Source: a virus. From it: a DNA stretch of 64,000 nt. Positions 21,921 to 31,363 of the stretch are shown one piece after another. Each line of letters opens with the position of its first letter. Position 1 is the first letter of the stretch. The stretch lies in the IMG/VR virus record IMGVR_UViG_3300046171_000138, one strand, 5' to 3'. The notes beneath the pieces were generated by a model. It was not told the DNA's origin and did no database searches. It worked only from the letters and a program-made list of their open reading frames with translations. Position numbers and translations under genes: made by a program.

Positions 21921-23278
21921 TGCCATATCGTATTGGACATTGGAATAATTACGGTGGATCATGTGTCACCAACTATAGTATATGGTTCCCTGGTGGCGGT
22001 GGAGATTTTAATGATACCTACCGCAATCAAGTTACATATGCATATATGTCATTGTTTGGTAGATACGGAGAACAGGCTGGTGTAGAAGGATACGTAGGTA
22101 CGTGGGTATATGGTACTGGACAGCAGGTATATGGTACTATCACAAATATGGTCAAAAGGGGTGGTATATCCAGTGGTGAATATGGTCAAGTTCAGTCAAG
22201 GGGTAGGCATACTGGCATGGCTAGTGGTACTTGTCCACCACCAATAATCAGGGGATGTACTAATCCAAACGCAGTAAACTATAATCCAAGAGCACAACAA
22301 GATGATGGTACATGTTATTTCAATCCACCGTATGTAAACATATCTGTTAGTCCAACTTCGTTTATAAATCCAGGATCTGCAACTCTTTATTGGAGTACAT
22401 CAAATACTTATTCTAGATCAATTACTAGCATTGGGTCTGTTAGTACATCTGGTAGTATTACGGTATCTCCTACTAGTACAACGACTTATACGTTAACAGG
22501 ATATGGATATGGCGGTAATCGAAGTAATTCTGTTGTATTGTACGTATATCAACCTCCTCAAGTAACATTAACGCTTGACAATTCTACAATTGTTATTGGA
22601 GAAACCACTAGATTGAGATGGACTACTACTGGAGATGCTAGCACCATGACTATCACTCCTGGAATTGGATCAACTAATTTAGTAAGTAATCAAATTATTT
22701 CTCCGACAATCACCACTACATATACTGCAACTGCATCTGGTCTAGGTGGAACTGATAGTCAACAAATTACTATCACTGTAATACAACCACCAGAAGTTGA
22801 TCTTGCTGGTCCTCTATCAGTAAATTATGGTGATGATATTATATTATCCCATGAACAAGTGAGAGCAACTACAACATATGAATTGAGGATTAAAGAGTAT
22901 GATCTTGATTTAAGTGAAACTGATAGAGTTGTGGATCTAGGTTTTGCTGCTAGTGGTACATATACAGATACTGTTGCGTATCATGATAGAGGACCATCTT
23001 CTATCAGATATGAGTTATATGGTGAGGGAGCTGGTGGACTTCAATCTATCAAAGTAGTTACAGTTCCTATTAATATTGATCGAATACCAGATGCTATTGA
23101 CATTCCATCATCAGAAGATAAACTACGTGATGAACTTCCAGTCATTACACCTGATGCAATAGTTACTAGTGAACAAATTGTTGTTGAGGATGTAGACATC
23201 CCTGTGGAGATTAAATCCAACTATCCTATTCAAGTTGAAGTTGATGGTGGTACATTCCAAGATGTTAGAGAGATGTGA
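21920..23278 (+). CDS. Adhesin-like fibre paralog 5 (DUF4214-like tip)
   Basis: QVTYAYMSLFGRYGEQAGVEGYVG, GCTNPNAVNYNPRAQQDDGTC and the shared C-terminal module. Confidence 0.75.
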   Translation: MPYRIGHWNNYGGSCVTNYSIWFPGGGGDFNDTYRNQVTYAYMSLFGRYGEQAGVEGYVGTWVYGTGQQVYGTITNMVKRGGISSGEYGQVQSRGRHTGMASGTCPPPIIRGCTNPNAVNYNPRAQQDDGTCYFNPPYVNISVSPTSFINPGSATLYWSTSNTYSRSITSIGSVSTSGSITVSPTSTTTYTLTGYGYGGNRSNSVVLYVYQPPQVTLTLDNSTIVIGETTRLRWTTTGDASTMTITPGIGSTNLVSNQIISPTITTTYTATASGLGGTDSQQITITVIQPPEVDLAGPLSVNYGDDIILSHEQVRATTTYELRIKEYDLDLSETDRVVDLGFAASGTYTDTVAYHDRGPSSIRYELYGEGAGGLQSIKVVTVPINIDRIPDAIDIPSSEDKLRDELPVITPDAIVTSEQIVVEDVDIPVEIKSNYPIQVEVDGGTFQDVREM

Positions 23279-23284
23279 TAAATA
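23277..23284 (+). promoter_or_regulatory. Late promoter variant
   Basis: GATAAATA overlapping the stop of paralog 5, 31 nt before the next ATG. Confidence 0.6.
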
Positions 23285-23315
23285 CTAAAGAAATCGTGAC
23301 CATCGCCTGCGGTAA

Positions 23316-26300
23316 ATGACCTTTTCGTTCGGAACTACACCTGTATATGTAAGCGAAGGGCAAACTATTCGCCTGAAGTTTAAAGCGCCATCGGCTTGGG
23401 ATACAACTCAAAGCGTAACGGTTCAGATTGGTGATCAGCAGACAATCTGGTATATCTCTACGATTCCAGAAGATTTTGCACCAGATCCATATCCATTTAC
23501 ACCATTAGATGAGGCAACACCAGACATCATGTATGTCTATGGTGATGGTACTAGAGCACAAGAAGATATTATAGAAGTTTCTGGATTAACACCTGGATCA
23601 TCTGCTAGTGTTTCACTAGTATCATCTTATCTTGGAGCTAATATTGATGACTATGCTGTTCGTATTCAGTTAGTACACCAAGGTGAAGCAGACTTTGGAT
23701 CATGGGTTATTCCATCTAGTAATATCTTCGTACAAAATGGTGATAGAGTCCAGTTAAGACTGAAGTCTAATGATACTGGTGGTCTTACAAGAGTTGCTGA
23801 CTTAACTATTGGTGCTAGAACCGAGAGATGGACTATCACCTCGGCAATACAACCACCTAACATTCCAGAACCATTCCCTGATTTTGACGAAATCATTGGT
23901 AGTCCAGTTGACACAGATGTTTATAGTGAGATCTTAAGAGTTACTGGTCTGAATGACCAGGCAATAGTCAATACTGATAATGGTGCTCTAATTGGTATCT
24001 CTACTAGCAATGCTTTTATTGTAAACGATGAAGGATATAATGTTTTAGATAACACCACATTTGTTGCTTCTAGTACCAACCCAACCATCCAGAATGGTGA
24101 GTATATACAGTTAGTATTAACTACACCAGCAACATCAACTACTACCACTACAAATCTCTTGAGTATTGGTGATGCTGTTGCTGGATCTAGTTGGGGTGTT
24201 ACTACTGGTAGTTTCCCATCTACTACGCCTGGATCCTTTGTATTCAATGATGCACTTGATGCACTTGAGGATACTTTGATTGCATCTGATGTAAAACCAG
24301 CTAGTGGTATCGTTGGATTAGGTAATGGTGTAACTGTACCTGTAACACTAGTATCCACAGATGGTACAGAACCAAGAGTTAAAATCTACTATGATAATGG
24401 TAGTGAAAGTTCTGTCGGAATCTTCCCTACAGATGTGAGTAATGGTGATAAAATTCAGATCTATAACAAATCCGATGCCACATTTGGTGGTACAGTATCT
24501 ACCACGATTAAAGTTGGTACACTACAGATTCCTACATGGTCTATCGTTACAAACACTGGTCCTGATACTGACGCAGCATTTACACCACCAAATAATCTTA
24601 CTAACAGGGCACCTAATAGACAATATGTTAGTTCTATTGTTGCTGTCACTGGTATCAATAGAGATATTACAATCACTGGCACAAATGGTGTACTCATTTC
24701 CATTGACTTTGATACACCAGTTGTAGGACCAAGAACATTTACACCTGCTAACAGTAGTTTTCAGTTATATCTAAACGCTAGTGGTCTTGCTAGCACTGTA
24801 AGCACTACTGTTGTTGTAGGTACTGGTGCTAGTAATCAATTTACTTGGAATGTATCCACATATGCCGTAGCACCACCAGCGCCAGAATTAAAAGGAACAT
24901 GGTATAGTAGAAAGAACTCTTACACATATGAAGATACTAATGGTGATGTTCAATTAAGAAATGCGAAGGATGATGGTCTTGCTATTGGTACAGTTCTTTC
25001 CGTTCTTAAGCAACCAAACGGATCTTATGGTACAATAGATGGTGACCTGGATTCTAGATATCCTGGTTTCATTGAGTGTGATGGTAGACCACTATCAAAA
25101 ACTGAATACCTTGATTTGTTTGCTGTTATTGGTACACATTATGGACAGTCTGATGCCAATGGTAATACTGGAACTACACACTTTAAAGTTCCTGACTATA
25201 GAAACAGGAAACTTACTGGAGTTGGTGTTGTTGATGGTAATAGATCATCATCTGCTTTCCTTCCAACAAATAACATCAACGAACCAGGTAACACTGGTGG
25301 GTGGTGGTATGTTGACAAGGTAGATGTTGCTGGTGATAATCCCTATGAGCAAATACTGCAAGGTGGTTCACAAGCTGAAGGTAAGGTTCAGACATTTGCA
25401 TTGTGGCAGAATAAACCTTCTGTTGATGCTGAATATATTGAAAGAACAGTCGGTCAATATGTAAATAGAGGTGAGGGTGGTAATCCTGACTATTGGACTG
25501 CATTCGGTGAATCTCAAGAGGAGGATGTTTTAGTTCTTGGTGGTACTGGTAGTGGACTACGACTGCGAGTTAGAGCAGAAGCAAATGATTTGGATGGATC
25601 AGGTAATCCAGATGATACAAGAGTTACAGTTGTGTCAATACTAGATCCTGGTACTGGATATCAATCTGGGGATTTGATGGACATTGGATTCTCCACTGCT
25701 GCACCTGGTGGTGGCACTGTTATACTTTCTCCTGGCATTAAAGTATTAACAGTAACGTCAACACCAGTAATCAATTCTGATGAAGGCACCGAGAGTAACT
25801 TCTTTAACTTTGGTACAGTTAAGACACAATTCAATGCACCAATTCAAGCTGACGTTGAGTTTACTGTTAATGGTACGGTAACTGCACAGATTGGACAGTT
25901 ACAGGAGAAAATCATTGATGTTCCTACACATAGTCACCTATTTGTTACTGCATTTACTGCTGAAGGATTTGGTGGTACAGGATTGATTCCATGGAACAGT
26001 CAAGTTTTTGCTAATAGTGGTCTAGGACAGGTGAATAAATCAACTGGTACTGGTGATGGTCCATACATTAACTTCATTGGTGGCGGTGGTATTGCTGAAG
26101 ATGAAATTTATCGAGAGCAACCTGATGTATGGTATCCACTATATCTGTCAGAGTTGAAATCAAAAACTCAACCAGGTGGCAATGCTCTGTACTTCGATCA
26201 ACTTTGGGATGATATTCTTCAGTCAAATGAAGGTAGAAGTTTTAAGGAACGCATTGTTGAATGGGCAGGAACATTTGGAGACGCTCCTCTTGAAGAGGGA

Positions 26301-26867
26301 GATCCTCCAGGAACAGCTAGTTTGACACTAACTGCGAAAGTATTCTGGCCATCACCTTTCAACAGTCTTAACTCTGACGATGTTGTATCAGTAGCAGGAA
26401 ATCATCTGAACTTGAAGAGATATCCAGACGATGTATATGGAACAACTGGTGGTGGACCAACTGCTGTTTCTGCTGCTATTGATGTTACTGGATCAAGATT
26501 TAGAATTGAGGCATATACTCCACCAGCAATTCTAGAAGATAGTGACACTACAACTTCTTCTCACAATCACCTAATGGGGTTAACTCCTGTTTTAGATCCA
26601 ACGCAAGATTATAGTTATGGTAACCAAAATGGTCCTGGTCTTTTCAAAACAGGATTGGGTGGTTTTGGTACTACACTTAACGTCAGTTTTGACAATAATC
26701 AATTTGTTGGTAACACACCACCAGTTGGATATGTGTTGAATACTGGTACATTCACTCTTAATCAGAATATCAAGAAACCAATTCCTAGCGTCAAGATGAA
26801 ACCCAACATACAAGTTCCTATCATACAAGAGTTTCACAAAGTCAAATATATAATCAAGGCATATTAA
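23316..26867 (+). CDS. Large fibre/structural protein with N-terminal Ig-like repeats and an internal tail-collar domain
   Basis: Collar motif AIGTVLSV...YPGFIECDGRPLSKTEYLDLFAVIGTHYG...FKVPDYRNR, HSH and HNH motifs, and the C-terminus FHKVKYIIKAY. Confidence 0.8.
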   Translation: MTFSFGTTPVYVSEGQTIRLKFKAPSAWDTTQSVTVQIGDQQTIWYISTIPEDFAPDPYPFTPLDEATPDIMYVYGDGTRAQEDIIEVSGLTPGSSASVSLVSSYLGANIDDYAVRIQLVHQGEADFGSWVIPSSNIFVQNGDRVQLRLKSNDTGGLTRVADLTIGARTERWTITSAIQPPNIPEPFPDFDEIIGSPVDTDVYSEILRVTGLNDQAIVNTDNGALIGISTSNAFIVNDEGYNVLDNTTFVASSTNPTIQNGEYIQLVLTTPATSTTTTTNLLSIGDAVAGSSWGVTTGSFPSTTPGSFVFNDALDALEDTLIASDVKPASGIVGLGNGVTVPVTLVSTDGTEPRVKIYYDNGSESSVGIFPTDVSNGDKIQIYNKSDATFGGTVSTTIKVGTLQIPTWSIVTNTGPDTDAAFTPPNNLTNRAPNRQYVSSIVAVTGINRDITITGTNGVLISIDFDTPVVGPRTFTPANSSFQLYLNASGLASTVSTTVVVGTGASNQFTWNVSTYAVAPPAPELKGTWYSRKNSYTYEDTNGDVQLRNAKDDGLAIGTVLSVLKQPNGSYGTIDGDLDSRYPGFIECDGRPLSKTEYLDLFAVIGTHYGQSDANGNTGTTHFKVPDYRNRKLTGVGVVDGNRSSSAFLPTNNINEPGNTGGWWYVDKVDVAGDNPYEQILQGGSQAEGKVQTFALWQNKPSVDAEYIERTVGQYVNRGEGGNPDYWTAFGESQEEDVLVLGGTGSGLRLRVRAEANDLDGSGNPDDTRVTVVSILDPGTGYQSGDLMDIGFSTAAPGGGTVILSPGIKVLTVTSTPVINSDEGTESNFFNFGTVKTQFNAPIQADVEFTVNGTVTAQIGQLQEKIIDVPTHSHLFVTAFTAEGFGGTGLIPWNSQVFANSGLGQVNKSTGTGDGPYINFIGGGGIAEDEIYREQPDVWYPLYLSELKSKTQPGGNALYFDQLWDDILQSNEGRSFKERIVEWAGTFGDAPLEEGDPPGTASLTLTAKVFWPSPFNSLNSDDVVSVAGNHLNLKRYPDDVYGTTGGGPTAVSAAIDVTGSRFRIEAYTPPAILEDSDTTTSSHNHLMGLTPVLDPTQDYSYGNQNGPGLFKTGLGGFGTTLNVSFDNNQFVGNTPPVGYVLNTGTFTLNQNIKKPIPSVKMKPNIQVPIIQEFHKVKYIIKAY

Positions 26868-26882
26868 TATTATTTTATTATC

Positions 26883-27575
26883 ATGACACAACAAATCGCT
26901 CCTTATCGTCCACTTGAACTAATGGAAAATCCAAAAATCACCAAGTGTGATTTTACAGATTTTATTGGTGTGTGGGAAAATTTCGTACCAGCAGCTCTAT
27001 GTCAACAACTTGTCACATATGGTGATAGAGTCTTCAATGAAGATGTTGCTAGTGTTCTGAACCAAGATGATGAAGATCAAGGTGATCTAGGAGCTTCAGA
27101 AGGCGAGATTAACATCATGGAAGGTTCTGCCATGTATGGGTCTGCATTTACTAGACATGATAGATCATTCATGCTAAACTATGCATCAGCAAAATATACT
27201 AATAATATTAACCAGATGCTGAAATCATGTGCTAATCACTATTGCTGTTACTATTCTACATTGAAGAAGACTAAAATGTTTTCTTCTGACATCAAGTTTC
27301 AGAAAACTCCAACTGGTGGTGGATATCACTCATGGCACTATGAAAATGGTACAATTGAATGTGCTGCTCGTGAATTGACATGGATGATTTATCTAAATGA
27401 TATTGAAGATGGTGGTGAAACCGAGTTCATGTATCAGAAACGTAGGATTAAACCTACAGTCGGCACAGTAGTTATTTTCCCTGCTGGTCTAACACATGTT
27501 CATAGGGGAGGTTTCCTTTTAGGTGATAAGGATAAATATATAGTAACAGGTTGGTATATCAAAACTCATGGCTGA
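26883..27575 (+). CDS. 2OG-Fe(II) oxygenase
   Basis: GGGYHSWHYE, LTWMIYLNDIEDGGETEF, IFPAGLTHVHRG and KYIVTGW motifs. Confidence 0.88.
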   Translation: MTQQIAPYRPLELMENPKITKCDFTDFIGVWENFVPAALCQQLVTYGDRVFNEDVASVLNQDDEDQGDLGASEGEINIMEGSAMYGSAFTRHDRSFMLNYASAKYTNNINQMLKSCANHYCCYYSTLKKTKMFSSDIKFQKTPTGGGYHSWHYENGTIECAARELTWMIYLNDIEDGGETEFMYQKRRIKPTVGTVVIFPAGLTHVHRGGFLLGDKDKYIVTGWYIKTHG

Positions 27576-28539
27576 TAGCATCGAATTGGTAGATAATATT
27601 AACAAGGTGATAATGGAGATTGATTTACTGAACAGTCTCGTTATCGATTCTACTCATATTTTGGACTTGCCTAATGGTAATAAAATCAATCAACCAATTA
27701 AAATCCTTCCTGATATCATGGAAAGATTTAAGAACGAGGTTGTTGGTGATATATTCCATACAGATACAGTTGATGAACTAGAGCACGTTCTTTTCTATAG
27801 TGATGATACTGCACTCATCCAACGTAGAAAATACAAATATGATTTTGCGACTGATCAGTCAACCTCTATTCAATATATTTTCAATGGTGCTACTACAGAT
27901 CAAATTAAAGAGTTGCGTCAAAGAGTAGTAGATCTTACTGCTGCCTCTCATGTTGTGAGAGAAAGACAGATCAGAGATAAGATTACTAAAATTTCTGAAG
28001 AGCAGATGTTTTATGATGCCACTATGAATAAGAGGCTAGTTGAAAGAACAGCAATGCTCAAAGGTTCTGACTGGCGTGTCCTACCTGATATCGAAGATTC
28101 TTACGAAGGTGAGAAAGAGATGTGGAAGAAGTGGAGAAAGGCACTCCGTAGCATGGATGCATTCAATAAAAAGTATGATGATCCTCTGGATCTCTTCAAG
28201 GCAATCAAGGCTATTAAATGGCCTATTGACCCATCAATTTATAGAATTGCATATCCTGATAACGTAGATCCTGCTGGTAACGCAATTGAATATAATCTTG
28301 ATATAGATGATGCGAGGTTGTGGACTGAAAGAGACGTTGATGCATCTAAAGATTATGTCAATGATAGACTAACAACTGTCATTGAATGGAGAGATAGATC
28401 TACTAACGCCAAGAGAGTGGTAGCACAAGGAGTTCAAGATTTAATGAAGTTGATGCGAGTCGAAGACTTCGTTGAACACGGTATCGATTATTCAACATTT
28501 TATGATGAGGAAGATTTAAATGATATGGCTGCTGAATGA
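27568..28539 (+). CDS. Tail fibre assembly chaperone-like protein
   Basis: RTAMLKGSDWRVLPD...EMWKKWRKALR matches the R..LL..SDW..LPD...W..YRQ.LR chaperone motif. Confidence 0.7.
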   Translation: MADSIELVDNINKVIMEIDLLNSLVIDSTHILDLPNGNKINQPIKILPDIMERFKNEVVGDIFHTDTVDELEHVLFYSDDTALIQRRKYKYDFATDQSTSIQYIFNGATTDQIKELRQRVVDLTAASHVVRERQIRDKITKISEEQMFYDATMNKRLVERTAMLKGSDWRVLPDIEDSYEGEKEMWKKWRKALRSMDAFNKKYDDPLDLFKAIKAIKWPIDPSIYRIAYPDNVDPAGNAIEYNLDIDDARLWTERDVDASKDYVNDRLTTVIEWRDRSTNAKRVVAQGVQDLMKLMRVEDFVEHGIDYSTFYDEEDLNDMAAE

Positions 28540-29167
28540 TGTTCTGACTCCTGCAGAGTCAGGCAATATACTTTCTGTATACACAGAGCATAGATTTCAC
28601 TGTGGGAGTGATAGTAATCCCAGAGAAGGTGTAAAGAAAAGTTCTGTACTTAATTACGATGACCCAGACTACAAGAGATGTATGCAAACTCTGTATACTC
28701 CTCTACAAAAAGGATTATCTGATTTTCTAATCAGGAGATCTGGACAACCATACTTTGTCTGGTATAAGACTGGTGGATTTTATAAATGGCATTTAGATGC
28801 ATTCCCTATCGCTGGTATTGCACCACACTTTAGTTTCACTGTAGCTCTCAATGACCCTGATGAATATGAGGGTGGAGAGTTAGTCATTCGTGTTGGCAAT
28901 ACTGAACATGAATTCAAACCACCAAAAGGATCAGTAATTTTATATAATACTGGTCTATGGCATAAAGTAAATGAAGTCACTGCAGGTAATAGAAAGGTTG
29001 CTATTGGGTGGGCAGAGAGTTACATTAAAGAATCTGCCATGAGACAGAATATTATTGATCTTAAACATGCAATCAATGATGTTGCTGATGACGTTAGTCA
29101 CGAACAACTAGAGAAACTTGAATCCGCAAGGATGAATATGATTAGGGAATTTGTAGATAGACCATGA
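28520..29167 (+). CDS. PKHD-type (YbiX/PiuC-like) Fe(II)/2OG hydroxylase
   Basis: GGFYKWHLD, FSFTVALNDPDEYEGGELVI, KPPKGSVILY..LWHKVNEVTAGNRKVAIGW, and a YbiX-like C-terminal helix. Confidence 0.88.
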   Translation: MIWLLNDVLTPAESGNILSVYTEHRFHCGSDSNPREGVKKSSVLNYDDPDYKRCMQTLYTPLQKGLSDFLIRRSGQPYFVWYKTGGFYKWHLDAFPIAGIAPHFSFTVALNDPDEYEGGELVIRVGNTEHEFKPPKGSVILYNTGLWHKVNEVTAGNRKVAIGWAESYIKESAMRQNIIDLKHAINDVADDVSHEQLEKLESARMNMIREFVDRP

Positions 29168-29700
29168 CATATACTACTGATGATGTTGTACAATATTTTG
29201 ATTTCTTCGATGAAGAAGATTTTCAAGAGATTCAGAATAAGACAGGACACGGATCGCGATGGACCTTTGGTCACACCTCGCTAGGTAAAGAGCATCCAGA
29301 GTATCATAGTTGCACACCATTCTGGAAGATAGACTTTGCTGAAGATCCATTCTTCTACGATCATCTTCTAAATAAGATACAGAAGAAACTAAACACACGA
29401 TTTAAACTACAACATACGTATGCTAATGGGCATACTTTCGGTCAAGATGGATCAGTTCACGTTGATGCACAGACCGACAACGGAAGAACACTATTGTTAT
29501 ATGTAAACCCTAGATGGCATACAATGCTAGGTGGGCAAACTAATTTCTACATCAACAACGGTGAAGTGCATGGTGTATTCCCAAAAGCAAACAAAGCAGT
29601 ATTGTTTCCTGGTAAAATACCACACTGTGCTGCACCGTGTACTAGAAACTTCAAAGGATTAAGAGTCACTGTCGCCTGGAAACTGTTTATCGATGATTAA
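29164..29700 (+). CDS. 2OG-Fe(II) oxygenase
   Basis: YANGHTFGQDGSVHVD, TLLLYVNP.W...GGQT.F, and PHCA...RVTVAWK motifs. Confidence 0.82.
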   Translation: MTYTTDDVVQYFDFFDEEDFQEIQNKTGHGSRWTFGHTSLGKEHPEYHSCTPFWKIDFAEDPFFYDHLLNKIQKKLNTRFKLQHTYANGHTFGQDGSVHVDAQTDNGRTLLLYVNPRWHTMLGGQTNFYINNGEVHGVFPKANKAVLFPGKIPHCAAPCTRNFKGLRVTVAWKLFIDD

Positions 29701-30046
29701 CCAAAACTATCAGATCTTCAATCTACAAGAGATTCTTGGACGTTATGCAATGACAGCTGGAGTGCCACTAGCGTTCATTAGAGTAACTGGATGGAACAAT
29801 AGCACCAATGTTGATGCTATCAATACATCTATTGCTCGATACTCAAAAATGCTAGAGTCAGATCTTATTGCTGACATGAAACAGTCAGAGTATGTGGTTG
29901 TAGAACTTGAGAGACTAGATCAGGGTGTACTTGATTACTTTGATGACAACTTCCCTGATAGTCAAGCATCTGTTGCTAATCCAGAGATGTATGTGTTTTA
30001 TGCATTGTATAATGATCTAGGACAACTTATCGCATCAAACGAATGA
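29693..30046 (+). CDS. Hypothetical protein
   Basis: 117-aa ORF translationally coupled to its neighbours. Confidence 0.7.
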   Translation: MINQNYQIFNLQEILGRYAMTAGVPLAFIRVTGWNNSTNVDAINTSIARYSKMLESDLIADMKQSEYVVVELERLDQGVLDYFDDNFPDSQASVANPEMYVFYALYNDLGQLIASNE

Positions 30047-31029
30047 TCTTCTCCGACACTTACACAGTAAAAGAAGTATACAGTGTATTGAGGCAAGAGC
30101 ATCTATACACAAGTTCGATGATGCCATGGTTATACACATCATTGAAAGATGTGAAGTATCAACCTGCAATAGCAGATGATGCTCGTAATAACATGAATGA
30201 GATCTTTGTATTTGATTATTTAATTAGCGAGGTCGCTCCTACTATTAAAAACGAGTACAAGACGTTTTGTGTTAATCATAATAGTAATGAGCACTTGTCT
30301 TATGAGAGTGGTATAGATTTATCTTACAATGCATTATATCAACAGCGCAATTTACAACATCTAATTGATGAGACAAATACTTCACATTTGAGGGAGGTAT
30401 ACAATAAGGTTACAGAATCTATTCGTACACACCACATTAATCCAGACGCACGTCCAAGTTGTGATAAAGGCGCTACATTTTGTGGTTATTTGTATGATAT
30501 CTCTGGTACTCCTATTGCAGTGAAGGTGAAACAAGGTCAGGGTCTAGATTATAACATTACTGATAATGAAGTAATGTCTAGACTTGCCGCACATTGTAAA
30601 AGAAATCCTTTATACCTAGACGGTGAGATGATCTTCCATGCTAATGGTAGAGAATCATTTAGATTAAACTGTCAATATCATACAGCATTCTGGAGAGAAA
30701 GAAAGTCTAGTGTTAAAGAGACCAGAAGTGTTATGACTGCTGAACGAAATCGTGAGAAGATTGAGTTGAGAGATGAACAGATTTCAAGAGAACATCTATA
30801 TGGATTATCATCTGCAAAGGGTGATTTCTTGACAGAAGAACATGGAAAGTATATCAATAGTGTATTTCCTGACACTCGTCAAGTAGTATTTGACAATGGT
30901 TTTAGGAAAGGATTGCAGAACTTTAGAGTTGACTTTGAGTTTGTGTTTGAGAACAATGAATTGGTAGATATTCTATTGTTTAGGACAACACACAATGAGT
31001 TTAAGGAGATCGAGACCCTGATCCCTTGA
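30043..31029 (+). CDS. Hypothetical protein
   Basis: 328-aa ORF with an ATGA overlap to the upstream gene. Confidence 0.75.
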   Translation: MIFSDTYTVKEVYSVLRQEHLYTSSMMPWLYTSLKDVKYQPAIADDARNNMNEIFVFDYLISEVAPTIKNEYKTFCVNHNSNEHLSYESGIDLSYNALYQQRNLQHLIDETNTSHLREVYNKVTESIRTHHINPDARPSCDKGATFCGYLYDISGTPIAVKVKQGQGLDYNITDNEVMSRLAAHCKRNPLYLDGEMIFHANGRESFRLNCQYHTAFWRERKSSVKETRSVMTAERNREKIELRDEQISREHLYGLSSAKGDFLTEEHGKYINSVFPDTRQVVFDNGFRKGLQNFRVDFEFVFENNELVDILLFRTTHNEFKEIETLIP

Positions 31030-31054
31030 CAAGCAGGGGCTGATGCTGTATGAT
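31026..31054 (+). promoter_or_regulatory. sigma70-like promoter
   Basis: TTGACA-17 bp-TATGAT. Confidence 0.75.
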
Positions 31055-31078
31055 TCGTGGGTTGTCACCCCCTACATA

Positions 31079-31363
31079 ATGCAAGGTTCATTGCCTGATC
31101 GTTCTGCGCTCAATATTCATGACGCTGCCTGCCTCGCTCCTTTCTTTCGTGCTCAAGCACCTCACGGTGACATTCCAACACGTCAGGAACTACGTGCCAA
31201 GGGTCTACAGTCAAAGAAGCGTGAGGACTCTCTCAAGGGCATCTGTGATGCTCTGAACCGTGTTTACCCTGATAGTGTTGACTACAGTGTAGTTGAAGAT
31301 GCTCGTAAGCGCAAGCAAGCGGAAGCAAAAGCAGAGAAGGAGTTATCATGTACGAAGAACTAA
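31079..31363 (+). CDS. Hypothetical protein
   Basis: MQGSLPDRSALNIHDAACLAPFF...; ATG 31079 lies downstream of the promoter. Confidence 0.6.
   Translation: MQGSLPDRSALNIHDAACLAPFFRAQAPHGDIPTRQELRAKGLQSKKREDSLKGICDALNRVYPDSVDYSVVEDARKRKQAEAKAEKELSCTKN

Noticed and set aside
15843-23278. Diversity-generating retroelement or invertase shufflon behind the tip variation
   Set aside because: No reverse transcriptase, no template/variable repeat pair with adenine-specific differences, no recombinase, and no inverted sites. All copies are full-length and co-oriented.
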